The notes: generated by a model from the sequence alone, not told the origin. DNA of 63,911 nt, filler included, from Sphacelaria rigidula (GCA_964200075.2; 8 parts of 8 records of this genome joined end to end with filler, not necessarily neighbours in it); one strand, 5' to 3'. Positions 1 through 13,462 are shown, counted from the whole stretch's first letter. Made by a program: numbers and translations.

Positions 1-156
1 TGGACCGAATTTCAAAGCTCGATTACTCCATGACGAAGAAGGTACCAATACTATACGACGCGTTTTCGGACAGCTATCGGCGAGATCTTTCCAGCGGCAC
101 CCTTTTCAGAACTGATGCTCTTCTTGTTGAGTAATCAAGCTTTGAAATTCGGTCCA
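1..156. repeat. Short palindromic/MITE-like repeat with ~28-bp inverted ends
   Basis: TGGACCGAATTTCAAAGCTCGATTACTC (1-28) is the near-perfect reverse complement of GAGTAATCAAGCTTTGAAATTCGGTCCA (129-156). Confidence 0.7.
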
Positions 157-629
157 GGGGGTGTGCGATGACCCCCACAATTACGGTATTTGGATGAAAA
201 AGAGGCACAGTCATGGGCTTTCTATTTCCAAACTTCCTTTCTTCCCGAGGAGACTCTTGATGCTGGGCTTGTTATCAAAACTCTCCTACACCCACCTCCT
301 CAGGGTCGCTTCTCGTGGCTATGCAAGACACATAGCCCAAAAAAATGATGTATATTCCGGTGAAGCGCCGACTTTCGTCTGACACTGCATACGGAGAATA
401 GTTCACTCGGGGCAGGCATGGAAATTTCTCGGAAATTTATTATCTCGAACAACTCCAACTCTAACCCTCACCCCAATGGTGGCATACCGAGAATCCTTGA
501 GCAAGGAGGGTGAAGATTGTTCCACAGGCAAGGTGTGCGTTGCGAGACCTCAAATCGGCGCCAAAATCGTGCTCTGCGTGCGCTAGGAGCACGGCCCCAT
601 TGAATACCTGGATTTCTGTGTGCACACTA

Positions 630-1555
630 CGAGCTGGGGCAGCCTAAAAACGGGCGTAAGCTCTCAAAGGGATGCCTCATCGACGCAGAGGAGTCGAGTC
701 GTGATCATATCGCATTAATCGTCCAATCAAGGGGAGGATCCCCATCTGCTCGAAAGTCTGGAGCATGATTTTCTCGTAGACTAAACCCCTTGTCTAGTAA
801 TTCCTATACCGTACGGAGATGGCATCCATACTAAAATCTTTACGAAACCCGAACGACACATCCAGCGGATCACGACGATTTTTTGTGTTTAGATTCCCTG
901 GAGCACGAGGAGACGGTAAATACCCTCAACTTCACTTAATTCGTCATCTGTCTCGATATATAGCGCACATAAGGTTCTGTACTAAGATCAATATATCACG
1001 AGCAGAGGCCCTAGATGAACTAAATCTGGATATCGCGTCTCGGTTTTCGAGAGTTGTGCTATGAATTTTCGTATCAAGAACCTCTAGTGCACCATAAAAT
1101 AAAACAAAACATTTCCCCCCCCCTCATTTTTTATTTTGTTTTTAGGCGAGTTTTGAGGAGAAATGAATTGCTCTTGGGCCTCATCTCAAGTTTTCAGCTC
1201 AATTTTTAGAATTGTGATTCGAAACCTACCATGGAGAACGACAAAGGTACAGATGTATGCTAAATGAAGAAAATGTTCTTCATTTTTTTTTTCGGGAGAG
1301 GCTCGGGCGTTCTCGTGAAAAAACCTTACAAGAACTTCAATACACAAACACAAACGTGGGCCGGTAAGTGGCCTGCGAAATAATGTTCCGAATTTTTACC
1401 GACCTGGTTACGTGCTAAATCTTCGGGTCCATGCGTTTATTTTATTTTATTAGGCTCTTTTCATTATCCATACCAAGTATTAGGGTCCAACTCCAACTAT
1501 TAGCCGGGGAATGACCCTGCAAGCTACAAATCCGCCTCTGGGCTGGCCCAGCTTG
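630..1555. mobile_element. Non-autonomous Tc1/mariner-type element (CGAGCTGGG TIR family)
   Basis: ta|CGAGCTGGGGCAGCC... at the left end and ...GGCTGGCCCAGCTTG|tg at the right; same TIR as 8516-9668; no transposase ORF. Confidence 0.6.
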
Positions 1556-2879
1556 TGCAACCAAGTCGGAACATTCCACGCCCAAGTGGTGAACTCGACT
1601 GTGGACTGTGGATAAGGCCCTTTCTTTTCATTCCCTGGTGTGGAGTTTACTCCAGTTCGGCCACAATTTACCCATAGTTGATATTACTTGATTTGAGTGT
1701 CAACAACAGTCGGATCTTTAGCGGGACTGACAGTCCCGTGTGCTTCCAGCGTGCACAGGGCGCGTGATCGTTCAAATCGGCTCCGTAGGCGCCAAAATAG
1801 AGGTCTACTAACGTCAGTCAACCGCCAAAATGAGCATCCTCATTTTTCCAGTGGAAATTATGCCGGTTTACCAATGGCCCATCTAGGCGATCGCAAGGGC
1901 TTTCACGAATGACAAAACAGGGTAGAAAAATACCGGTAAATTATTTTCCATGCACGTTCATCTTCCACTTCTTGTAATTTGAGAAGTTGGCAAGTTGACA
2001 AGTTGCATGACTCGTTTTTCATCGTGATCTGCTGTCTTGCCATTTTCCGCGTAGAAAATGAAAAAAACGGTGGGAATTTTCCGAAAATACCCCAATTGTC
2101 AAGAACGGGCGCTACGGGGTTGGTGGACTGTTGTGCTACCTCGGAAATACTGGCTTTACCCTGTGAGACGACGCCAGCTTACTCTTCTGCTGTTTTCTGC
2201 CTTCGGGACGCCCATATTGACTACACTAAATCAGCAACTTCTCACATACGCCAACATTTCTTCATCACGAAGTAAGCTGTAATCATACTATAACTTGCAG
2301 TGGATCTGGGTTTGTGGAGTGACTGAAGCGCGTGGGGGTTGGCGGATACGAGACCCGTTGAGAAGAGCGTGGCAGCGACGGCGAGTACAGGATATATACT
2401 GTACAGGACGGGGGTTTTGGAGACAGATGCGGCGCACAAAAATCGGTTGTCCCGAGCTGCTCATGAAGGAGGGGAACATTGCTTTGATGATTTTGAGGGA
2501 GAGTCATATTGGGCGCACGAGGGATCGGGAGAGTGGGCTGTAACCCTCTCGTGGAGTACAAGGCGTCTTTCCGAGATGGCACAATCCGTCTAGCCCCCCA
2601 TTTCAGCAAAACTCGGCGCCGAACCGCCAAAAAGGAGCATTGACAGGCGTATCTTCCTTCTTTTTTCATGCCAACAAAAGGGTTTACTCCAAGAATGTGT
2701 GTTGCTCGTTGCCATCACGCCTATCCTGGGCGCCAGTCTACATCCTGTGGCATATGTTGGCGCATCAGCCGGGGTCACACAGGTGTAGGGCCTGCAGGGA
2801 GCTTCTTTCTATATTTCTTTTAAATTATTTTCGAATTTAATTTCGTTTCAGAACTTTACCTTCCTTCTGGGATGCTTGC

Positions 2880-3079
2880 CTTGTCATTTATCGAGAGACG
2901 GGTGCAGCAGTCCCTTTCCCGCGCCGACCATGACGTCGACTTTTGTGCATCCACGACATAGTCGCTCTCCACTGCAGGGCATATTGTGGGAAACGTTCTA
3001 CATCGTGTGAGTTCATCGAGATTCGAACCCACGTCCAAACCATCCGAAGTTTCGAGGTTACCCACTGAGCCACCGGCCC
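2880..3079 (-). mobile_element. tRNA-derived SINE
   Basis: Minus strand head GGGCCGGTGGCTCAGTGG (A box) ... GGTTCGAATCT (B box), followed by a non-tRNA body; no intact cloverleaf. Confidence 0.7.
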
Positions 3080-5130
3080 ATTCATCCCCACCCCGACACG
3101 ACATAATCTGGACCCTTCTTTGTTTTACTTCAATTGCACCTCACCACTCATATTGCCAAGGTGTTGTTGTTGTTGTTGTTGTTGTCTTCACATTAAAAGC
3201 CGTTCCGATATCTGCGCGGTACATTGGTACTGGGCATCTTATGTGGACGCCTTCCGTGGTCACAGGCTAGCAGAAGAAACCAAAAAGGTGTGGGGGGTGA
3301 GTTTCACTATCACTATTCAAGGTCGTTTTAGACTAAAAAGTGGAGGGAAATATTGATAGGTCGATATATACTCCTACACATTTGCACTTCACCTTCTCGT
3401 CGCAGCTCCATAATGACTTCATCAACCCCTTCCCTACGGGACTATGATTTGAGCTCTGTTCCTAGTTCTTTTCGCTATTCTCACACTTACCCCTTTTTCT
3501 GTAGGCTCGTGCGGGGGGGAAGTTCTACCCTATGACGAGTAATAGGATGTATGAGGGATTCTCGTTGAAGGCGGGATTTTGAATTTTCGACATCTGGGTG
3601 ATTGATACAGTACCAGCGACTCCAACTCAAAATTATGGGAACCCCAAGAGAGCATGAAATTTCAATGGGTATTACTGACATACGAGGGATATTCTGCTTC
3701 GAGGTGAGCACTTTTTATTTTTTCAGGGAGCAAGTGGGGGAAGGGGTGGAGGGGGTGGTGAAAAAAGACGCTGAGGGGGAAACCAGGCTCTCTATAACGT
3801 GAGCTTTAAAAAAAGTCGAGAGATGGGACCGGAGGAGGGTCAGGGGCAAAGGAACTGGAGATTGCTGGTTGCAGCGAGTTTTTGTGGTGTAATTGTCATG
3901 TACTCGAGTCCATCAACCATGAAATTCTCATTCTTGTAGGATGAGGTCGTCTGAGATGGTGGCATCGCCGGTACGTCGTCATCTATCCTGGTCTGCCTTC
4001 CTTTTTGGAAAACCCACTCAAGTGTCTGACTTCTACCTGCGATACACTTCACGCGAGGAGCGACAACGGTCAACTTACTCGTTGTGCCGCGACGTTTCCA
4101 GAAGCTAGACCTGAATGAGCTAACCTGGTGGGAACATGTCAGGTAGGAGACATTGGACATCCTCCGAGTGTTTCCCGGGAAACCCAAATGTTCGACGTGG
4201 AATCAAATTTACGTTGTGGCGGATCCGATGGTACGGAGTACGTCAAGTACCGCCGCTGCGGAGTAGCTGCTGCCAATCAATTTGCGCACACATGGTTACT
4301 GTGGGAAAAGCGGGAAGGCGTGGAAAGCGCACCGCGCCCAATATCTTATGACAAGATGGACAGGCCCCGAACCACATGTCTCGAAATATCCCGAAGGAAG
4401 GCGCAAAAAAAAACATGCGCACCCGAACCAGGACCTTAACTCGCGCCCGCACGCACGTGGCTCAGATGCCGCCAACATCGAGGGGCGCCACCGATCAACT
4501 GACAACAGTCAGTACCGTGGCATTCACTGTGCTGCGGATGCTCTTGAAAGTCAATGCTTACAGATAGATTTTGGTATCACAGGAGAACCTCCGACATCCT
4601 GGACACACAATTCTGCGGTCTTTCGAAGACATTTGAATTCGATTGGGTGCACACCACCGAAAACACACACAAAGAGCCCACATCACATATACCCCATAAC
4701 TTGCCGGTGAAACAAGGCGAGAACGGTCAAACCGACCGTGCTGACTTGGCACAGGTGTAGCCAGCGTGTTGGAGTGATTCTCTCTCCGCTCATGCATGGC
4801 ATAGTGCAAGGAGATAAAAAAGGAGACCCTCAAAAGCAGTCACAGCACCGAAAAAAAGAGAAAGGAAGCCAAGAGACAGGCGGTGCTTGCTCCTCCCGTA
4901 GCAGAGGCGCCGGAATAATTCAAAGCGGGTCGCGCTTCCACCTTGGCATTTAAAAAAACATTAACCCTCATCCCCGACCCCCGATTAAACTACCGAACAC
5001 ACACCAACACCGAAGCGAACATGCGGCAGCTCCGCAACACGGACTCGACAGGCATGCCCTGCGCCGGCTTATATTTAGTCCATGAGCACGGACACCATAG
5101 TACATCCCCCCTTCCTCGGTTGTCGCTCAC

Positions 5131-5342
5131 CTGATCTCGGAGGTGATGTTTTCTATCTCCAATTTTAGGCGGTCGCACAACTCCAAACTTCGGAAAGCTG
5201 CCATTGACTTGGCAACCGGCTGTTGCCCGGCTCCACCCCCGGCAGCAGCAGCAACAGCACCGGTGCCTCCACTGCTGCCAGCACCCCCCCCACCCCCACC
5301 CCCACCCCCAACTCCTCCCATAACCCCGACCATGTGCCCACT
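5131..5342 (-). CDS. Exon 2 of the same gene (Gly/Ala-rich stretch plus coiled-coil FRSLELCDRLKLEIENITSEI)
   Basis: Acceptor tgatgcag|AGT, donor CAG|gtgagc; open frame in phase with exon 1; the helix resembles the Tup1_N/TLE Q-domain start. Downstream exons were not found in this contig. Confidence 0.7.
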
Positions 5343-6237
5343 CTGCATCAACACACAGCATACAGGCGCACGTCGATAGATAGAAACAAGGAACGAGTAC
5401 TCGTTTTCATTTTTCGAGCGCACTTTTAGTGTACGGCCGGCGGTGGGGTCGGATGGGGCGTTTTTTTTGTTCAGTGGTCGCTCTCTTGCTGCTTGCTATG
5501 TTGAAAAACGTACAACGGCCATTTTTCGTGATAACACTGTTTCGAGGGTCGTGTGACCGAGTGAACAAAGAACAGACCCCGAGATTCTATATAATGAGCG
5601 CTTTTCCAAACAGCAACGCCAACACCTAGCCTAGAGCTGCGCGAGCTTGCGAAACCTACGGCCATGGATGAACATGGCAGGTTCACCCTGGGAATGCCGC
5701 GGTTCCGACCGGGCAACTGTCGGCAATAAGCTGTTGTCCGTGCTGCATTCTACATGTTCCTCGCAGCCAGCTTCAGTTGTGCAAAATAACATGTGCAGTT
5801 GTGGAGGGATTGCTGTTGCGACGAAACACTAGAGTGCCATAACACGACGAGATGCAATCCAAGACTGCTGGGTTGCAGTGCTTACTGAACGGAGCTAATC
5901 CATACAACAGTGCGAAGTCGTGGGTTAGATATCACAACCTGCGATGATGTACGGTATTTTTACCTGGGTTAGAGTCGAAACACGCATATGCTCTCGTCTC
6001 GTACCATGGCCAACAAGGCAGTAGTGAGGACAGCACCGGAGTACCGACAGATACCAACACCATTATTTTGACTTCTTGAACAAAAACATCGAGTCACTCC
6101 CGACTACGGGACTACACCCCAGCGCGTAAAAGTGAAATGTTGATTTCGAGCAACAAGAGTATTCATCTTGTCTGCTCATACTGCCAGGCACCCTTTAAAC
6201 CGTAGGCATCTGCAAATATAAGACTTTGAATACCGAC

Positions 6238-6468
6238 CTTTGGGGCGATTTGATTGCCGTGCTGCCGAAGCTGCTGCTGCTGCCCTCCCTGCTGTGAAAT
6301 ATTTCCACTATTGCCAGTCAACCCTCGCTGCTGCTGCTGGTGTTGTTTCTGGGGCGGGGGGAGAGAGTTACTATTGCTGAGACCAGGAGCTTTGCCCAGC
6401 AGTGGTGATGATGCTTGTAGTTGGCGCTGCCCGCCGACGCCGCCTTGGGCCGGTCTAGGGTAGCTCAT
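6238..6468 (-). CDS. Exon 1 of a Gln/Gly-rich protein, possibly a Tup1/Groucho(TLE)-like corepressor
   Basis: ATG at 6468, 77 codons MSYPRPAQGG...QQQQLRQHGNQIAPK, donor AAG|gtcggt in phase 0, matching the next exon. Confidence 0.65.
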
Positions 6469-7828
6469 CAAAACACCGTAGAAGCACGTGCCGCCACCAC
6501 AGTGCTCGCGTTTCTGTACTGTTCAGTCGAGGGTCTGCGCTGTGTGCACCTCGCCAACACCCACAACTATATTTCAAGAGGTATCTCCTGTAGGATGCAG
6601 TTCGGTGGGTCTCCGGTGAAGAGACCACGTGAATATTGACGGAAGAGCCAAAATTGTTTAATGTATATTGTCTTTTCCTGATGGCCCTTTGCTGCAGGTG
6701 CCCTGATTATTTTGCAAGATTCAGATTCATCACTGTCGCCACAAAGAACCGAAATTTGACCACTCTATGATTGCTCTTCATTTTCATTTTTTTCTACGTA
6801 TGCATATCCACCGGATTTTCATCTGTTATTTCTTACAAGTATCATTTTTGTGGCACCCGGATTTACGGTTTTTGAAGATTATCAAATATTACAGACTGAT
6901 ACAGTACAGTGGTCAAGTATACCCTCTTCTGTCTACGGAACCCTAGCCGTCAGTGCGTTCTCTGGAGGGTAATGGACGCCCAGAACATACATATCTTTAC
7001 ATCATGTCCATGGGAAGTGACCTGTACTATCCACTTAAATAACGTGGCGATAGTACACTGGAGACACCCGCGTATATTCCTTGTGCTGTTTCGTCCGGTT
7101 CCGGCCTTACCTCACGTAGAAAGTATAGTATGCGTACAATGCGGCCTTACCTAATGTAGTGGTGTACGTATGTACACGTATCTACTCGTGTTTAGTGTGA
7201 TGTACCATGTGTTCTACTGTCGTCGGTGTTGTGCGTTGCACGGCACGGACAGCCACCAGTACAGTGTAGTAGTACATGAAGCTGTCTACAACGCTCTGCG
7301 ACTAGGGTATGATACTGACTGCATCACTGCACTAAACGAATAATCCGCTAGGTATGCAGGTTAGTTATTGTAAAATTTTGCCAGCCAAGGGTCCAGGGGT
7401 CCTTTCACATCGAAGGCTCGAGATGCGCAGCACTCCATTGGGGTAAATCGCCATTGCGGGTGAGGCACGCCCAGCAAGGAGTGCGCGCTCTTTTTTATTT
7501 TCCGGTATGATACCATTTATTATATGATATTAGGTACACGTGGTGCATACATGATAAAGCGATGAGGGACAGAGCTGCGGTATCGCAGCATCAGGGCCTC
7601 CAGGCCGGTTCACGCTTGCTTGTCACCCAATTTTTTTGTGTAATCAGCAAAAAATGCCTGTTTTTGCAATAATACGTACGCAAACTCGAAAGCATGTTAC
7701 TATCATACTGACCGCTATGGATAGCTGAAGAGCGCGGCATAGCCGGAAATGTGTTTATGACGTGACTAGATAAATAGTGGTGGTGGTGTTAAGGCAAGGG
7801 TGTCCAAAAAGAAGCTCCGAGACCCTAT

Positions 7829-7829
<1 letters not shown>

Positions 7830-7872
<43 letters not shown>

Positions 7873-7902
7873 ACCGCCCCCCCCCCCACGCCCACCCCCC
7901 CC
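7830..7902 (+). repeat. Poly-C tract at contig end
   Basis: ~70-bp nearly pure C run ending contig 1. Confidence 0.9.
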
Positions 7903-8002
7903 NNNNNNNNNNNNNNNNNNNNNNNNNNNNNNNNNNNNNNNNNNNNTTAATTAATTAANNNNNNNNNNNNNNNNNNNNNNNNNNNNNNNNNNNNNNNNNN
8001 NN
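7903..8002. other. Artificial contig linker N44-TTAATTAATTAA-N44 (also 15905-16004, 23907-24006, 31908-32007, 39909-40008, 47910-48009, 55911-56010)
   Basis: Seven identical 100-bp spacers; TTAATTAATTAA places stop codons in all six frames; intervening contigs are all 7901-7902 bp. Confidence 0.98.
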
Positions 8003-8515
8003 AGACCGATCATGGCCTTCGTCGGAGGACGGGGAACGTAAAAGAGCCCAAGAAAATCGCCAATTACGAAAAAATCACAAAATACCACAAATTGAACAGT
8101 TAGACCGCCCACCACTGTAGTTTTGAATACATTTTCAACGCTCTACCCAATTTTTGGATGCTTCAAGAGCACTATTTTTTCAAGATACCCGGATTTAGGG
8201 AATGCCCTACGTGACATACCCTTTGATACGTTCCTCCCTGTGATGAAGGTCCTTGGTCTATCTATGAGGGTGTGTGCTCCTCTTGCTCTTCAGCCCTTCC
8301 AAAGCCGACGGGAGTCAGACCCTGTCTTATCGAGAACAAGAAGAGAAGCGGGAAAAGAAATAAGCATCCAAAAGCAGCATGTTGATTGATCACCAAGCAG
8401 GTCAATGGTTGCGGCGACTGATCAACGTACTGCTTTCGGACGCTTGCTTCTTTTCCTGTTTTTTTTGGTCTCGAGAAGACACGGCCTCAGCCCATGGCAT
8501 ACGCACAATGGGCTA

Positions 8516-9668
8516 CGAGCTGGGCCAGCCAACAGTGGGTAGTTTTCTCGCTCAGGCGACGCACGGCGTAAAATTAGGAGCTGAACGCTGAAATTTTGCA
8601 CGGTTACGACGAATCAGATTTTATACCAGTCGACTCCTCGTGATGTGAAAACAGCCATGCTGTTTAACCTGCTGGTCCCGCTGAGTCGAGGGTGGATGAC
8701 ACATTTGCAGCGCAGTCATCTTGCGCGCATTACAGCCGTGAGAAAATTACACGTGATTCAAGGCCCATCGGAAGTGAAGATTCAACCTGTACAACTTATC
8801 GGTCCCGCATTAGCTGTGTGAATAATATACGGGCGCTCACCTCGAACGACTTGGTAAAGCAAGTTGTACGTGACGCTCCCGACTCATGATGGTGAGAAGT
8901 GCGTGGCATGTACAATCGATGCATTCAAATTTGCAGTGCAGGGTTGACTATGTGCCGCCCATTATTTACCCCGGTATTCACGGAAGGTAGGGAGCGGGTA
9001 CCTTTGGGTTATACTGCACGACGCACGAGCTGAGAAGCTCTGTGGATTACATATGATATACGAATAGTATGATTTATTCGTTGAAATGATGAACACGAGT
9101 TGGATCACCGGTTTAGTCGTCCTAACCGTGAAAATTTGACAGCAACTTATTATAATCGACATGCAGAACATCCCGAGAGCAGAAAAGGAAAAAAAAAAGG
9201 AAGAAGGAAGTTACGGGAATTGATAGTTCAGCATAAACAGGATAATGTCATGAGTCCAGGAAATCTGCAGCTTTGCTCCCAAGGGAATGATGAATTCCTT
9301 GGGTGCAGAAGGTCTTCGTGAAGTCTCAGCTGAAGAGTCGTCGAATTGGGTCGTGCGTGCAACGTTTTGCGTGAAGCTGCTGCACCCCACATATGCCCAG
9401 TGCGAGGTGATTGCTGACGTGAACCCACCGCATTGAAGAAAAAAAACGCACTCTGACACGCTATCGCCCAACGATATCAGACGCACCCTGTACTCTATGC
9501 AGTACAATAATGTCATTGGCAATACGACGCCAATCGACCAGCGACGCAGTCTTTTGTTATCAGGTGGGTCTGCAGTTTACAGTGATATGCTTACGTCGGG
9601 TTCTTTCGGGAAACTGGAAAAGCTGTGGTGTGGGCAACTTTTAGCAGCTTTTGAGCTGGCCCAGCTCG
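8516..9668. mobile_element. Non-autonomous Tc1/mariner-type element, 1153 bp
   Basis: Perfect 14-bp TIRs CGAGCTGGGCCAGC / GCTGGCCCAGCTCG with TA on both sides. Confidence 0.8.
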
Positions 9669-10086
9669 TAAACCTTTTCTTTCTTGTTTTTTGTTTCTGA
9701 AGCCCATCACGTGTACTGTACTTCAGCACTCTTTTTAATAAGTGAACAACGCAACCTCTGTCTTTCGGTACTATAATCAACTATCGTTGACCAACAGCTG
9801 ACTGTCTGCCTTCATCGGGGTTGAGGTCAAGGTCAGCGCTGGTGTCAGAGTGTGGTTCGGTCAGCCTACACGAACGAAGATTCGAAGGTTCAGATATCTC
9901 TTTTCACGCCCAAAATGGTACACAGGCTTCCCTTTCATTTCCGGCTTTTTTCTGTTCTGTATCCAGATCATGAGCCCGATAGTGGTACAGAACGGAACAC
10001 TGCAGTCAGTGCCCCGACCTTTGCTCACAACAGTGCAGTAGAGCACATGCGCCTGACATTTTGTTATGGTGGGTTGGATCAGTATA

Positions 10087-11135
10087 CAACCTGGTTCACG
10101 CGTAACAACCTGAAAATACTCATCCACAAAACTGAACGCCGGTTTCAGGAGTTACCCTGAAATTTGCACAATTTCGGTATGGATCATCACGCAGCTTTCG
10201 AACGTTAATGTTTTTTCACTTTTTGAGTTTTTTCCCCGTTTTTCGGGTGTCCCAGGGTTTTCGGGGAAACGTGGATCCCGTCGGACCCCCGAAAAACGGT
10301 GGGAAAAGAATTCCAGAGGTGTAAAACCTTTGTCCATCTAAGTTGCGTATTGACCCAGGGCACATTCGTGCAAAGTCTCGGGGGTAACTCTTGCAAACGG
10401 CGTGAAGATTGATCAATCTGTGCGATAATGTGAGCGTGAAACGTGCAAATTTCCAACTACTTGGTTTTAGTATGAAATGTCTTTTTGGAAGCGAATTTAA
10501 CCTATGGGCGAGAAAAAACTGTGGGGTTTTCGAGCTTCTCGACCAAACTTTGTACATGTTCCGTAGATTACCCCGGGACGCATCATTTTACTTTCTTCCA
10601 CACGTCGGACAGATCATGATCCCTCTGAAAATTACTGATTCTCAGTATACTGATCCGGATCATGATCTGGATCATATAACCCGCCTTTTCAATGTTTGCT
10701 CCTTACAGCGCCGGACGCCGAGCACGCCGAGTAGCGCAAAGGTTGCGCTTTGGCTCTTGTGACTCCACGGTCACATAGTTTGTGTTTTCAGACCAACGGA
10801 TTCGAGAGTCTTGTTCGATTGGTTGTTCCAGACAGGTCATGATCTGTCCGTTGTGTGCTTTCTTTTTAGGGCATTATGTACCGCCTTCTGGGGGTCTTCA
10901 CACTGGGACCCCCGAAAGCCCGAAGAGAAAGAAGAAAATTTGAAATATTGTCAAGAATACACTTTTCAAGTTGGAGGATCGTCAAAACCTGCAGAAGTGC
11001 CAAGTTTGACGTCGATCATAAATTTTCTACGGCAGATATAAAGGAAACCGTCACGAGACTCCCTGGCTCTTTCGCGCGTATAATCAGTGGAAATTCGACG
11101 ATGCCAAAACCCGAAACACCACGGTTTCGGGTATT
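10087..11135 (+). mobile_element. Truncated copy of the ~1.1-1.3 kb TA-flanked non-autonomous DNA transposon family
   Basis: Starts ta|CAACCTGGTTCACG; internal homology (e.g. GGACCCCCGAAAGCC...CGTCACGAG) to 42040-43343 (reverse) and to the right part of 58728-59840. Confidence 0.65.
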
Positions 11136-12906
11136 ATTGTCTTGATTTCAATCAATATTATCATCAGCTATATATTAATAGCGTAATTGTCTCTTCGCCT
11201 CATGCTTTGAGCACTATCAGAGTGAATCCTAAATCCATACTCGACCCAAGTAATTTTTGAAGCAATTCCGAATAGTTTACTCTACTACGCCCTGTTTGAC
11301 GCGGTGACTCTTCCTGTCAGATCTCGTCTCGTTCAACGGGCGTGACAACCACACATGATTTCGTTGCTCTTCGTTTCACATACAAAGAAATAGCATTAGC
11401 TACGTCTAAAGTTTTCACCGACTGCCTGCACCGTAGGCGATGCTATCGACAACCCACGCTGTACAATATTGTACTGTCGTACATAAAGTACAGTAGAGTA
11501 CTGCAGTGAGTAATTATTTTTCCTCGCAATTACTGAAATCCAACACAGTGACTCTTCCTGTCGGCAATCTCGCTAGAAAGGAGTGATAGAAACACATGAC
11601 TGAATCATATCTGCACACACTATAGGACGAGCACACACACGACGGCACCCACAGCACAAACACATCGCGCCTAGCGAGCGCTTACTCGGCGCTAATCTAT
11701 ACACCGTGATCTTCGTGTCACGCTAATCTGTCCTGTACTGCGTTGTACTACCGTCTGTTCCGTGCGTGTTAGCTCGGCTATGTGCGGCAATGCACCACTG
11801 CACTGTAACCTCTATCGAGTGATGTGCTTCCTCACACCACCCTGAAGTCAAGACAAACGCCGACAGATATCTCCACCGACGTATTGGGACGAAATACGGG
11901 TGATGATGACATACATGCAACACGAAACACGACAGCTCACCGTACTCCCTCGCAACACGGTCCCGGACGACGCATTTTCCTTCTCGGTAAAGAGTGGTGT
12001 TGAGTAAACACCAGGGTTTCATGTTGTATTGTTGGATATGCATACTTTCATCAGTTATTTGAGGGCTGCCATAGGTAAGCTCCGCTTCCCGAGTTACAAA
12101 ATTTCGTGCCGACTCTGTTGTCGTGCGCCGGTGGACTCAAAAGTGGTATTGATTAAAACGGCGGGTCTACACAAATGTCCTGTGGGACTGGTTCTACTCT
12201 GCCAGAAAGTTCTGTTGATCTATCCGCGCCGGCAGATATGCGCCGAGCGGTCTGCAGCAGTACAGAGATGTTGAACTAGCCAGCACTTCCAGGACCACCG
12301 CATTTCTGAACCTGTGCAGATCTGGGCTTCGATCTGGACTAGGGTTTTACACCAACTCAAAAGATGGGTTGATTTGAATAGTTGACCATCTGTTCAAACT
12401 GTGGCCGTTTGATCATGAGTATTTTATTTATATTTGTAGTCAACTGGAGTTGGTTACTTGATTGAAGCAACTAATCGTGATGAGGTGATTATTTGAAAGC
12501 CTCAATGAACCAATATTTCATGGTGAGTCAGTTCGCTGCACGCGCGCACTCCAGGAGCATTGGTATGTTTCTTACTGCAGTCGTATCAGTAGACACCACC
12601 TGCAATAATGAAGTATGACGCTCACTATATACACCATGGACCAGTCTCCTTGTATGGTGCTGAAGTATCGTCATTATTGGACATGTCGAAACACAGTATG
12701 CCACCTCACGGGTGGGGCGGGTAGATGGGTACCGCACCGTCCTACGCACTGCCGATAAACCGTCGTCAGCGACACAACGTCCGCATTCTTCATTACATGC
12801 ATGCCAGAATGTTACATCTACTTTCCCCCCGGTGCCCTGCCAGCCGCATTTGAAGACACCTTACCTTTTACATGAGAAAGAACATTGCCTCCGATAAGGC
12901 AGCATC

Positions 12907-13253
12907 GGGTAACCTTCTCGACAGGCAGGGACTAAGGACGACTTGGAGAGGAATTACCTGTCGAGTCGTCCCATCAGGAGGCGCTCAACAACCGTAGGGC
13001 ACACCAAGAGTGGGTGCGCCATGCGTAGGTGAGTGTCGCGAGAGTGTAGCGCCGCGTGGCTACAGGCCGCTAAGATTTGCAAAGGTGTGCGGCCTGTAGT
13101 CATGCAGCGCTAAACGCTGGCGACACTCACCAACGCATCGCGCATCCACCCTTAGTGTGCCCTGTGGTTGTTGAGCACCTCCTGATGGGCCGGGTTCGTC
13201 AGACAGTTCCTCTGCAAGTCGTCCCCAGTCCCTGCACGCCGAGAAGGTCAGCC
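12907..13253. ncRNA. Long imperfect hairpin, candidate miRNA/hpRNA precursor
   Basis: ~160-nt arms pair almost end to end around an 18-nt loop (13071-13088), with scattered single mismatches and G:U pairs; expression not shown. Confidence 0.5.
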
Positions 13254-13462
13254 TTGACAGCGGATGGTGCAACGTGGTGCTTCTCGAGAATCTAAGGGTG
13301 TATGACAAGGGTTGTGTGGGCTGATACGTTGTCACCTCAACATGAATGGCCCAAGCCACGCGGTGAGATATTACTGTACATCCGGTGGGGGGTTGGACGA
13401 GTGACGGGATGCCATTCTACTCGGTTTGGTCCTTGCTTTTTTTGGGATAGGTTCTCCATTAA

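Noticed and set aside
3000..3079. tRNA gene
   Set aside because: A and B boxes are present but there is no cloverleaf, and it continues into a SINE body.
8323..8482. Second imperfect hairpin as a miRNA precursor
   Set aside because: Low-complexity purine/pyrimidine arms with indels; more consistent with a decayed MITE. The same applies to ~24200-24572.
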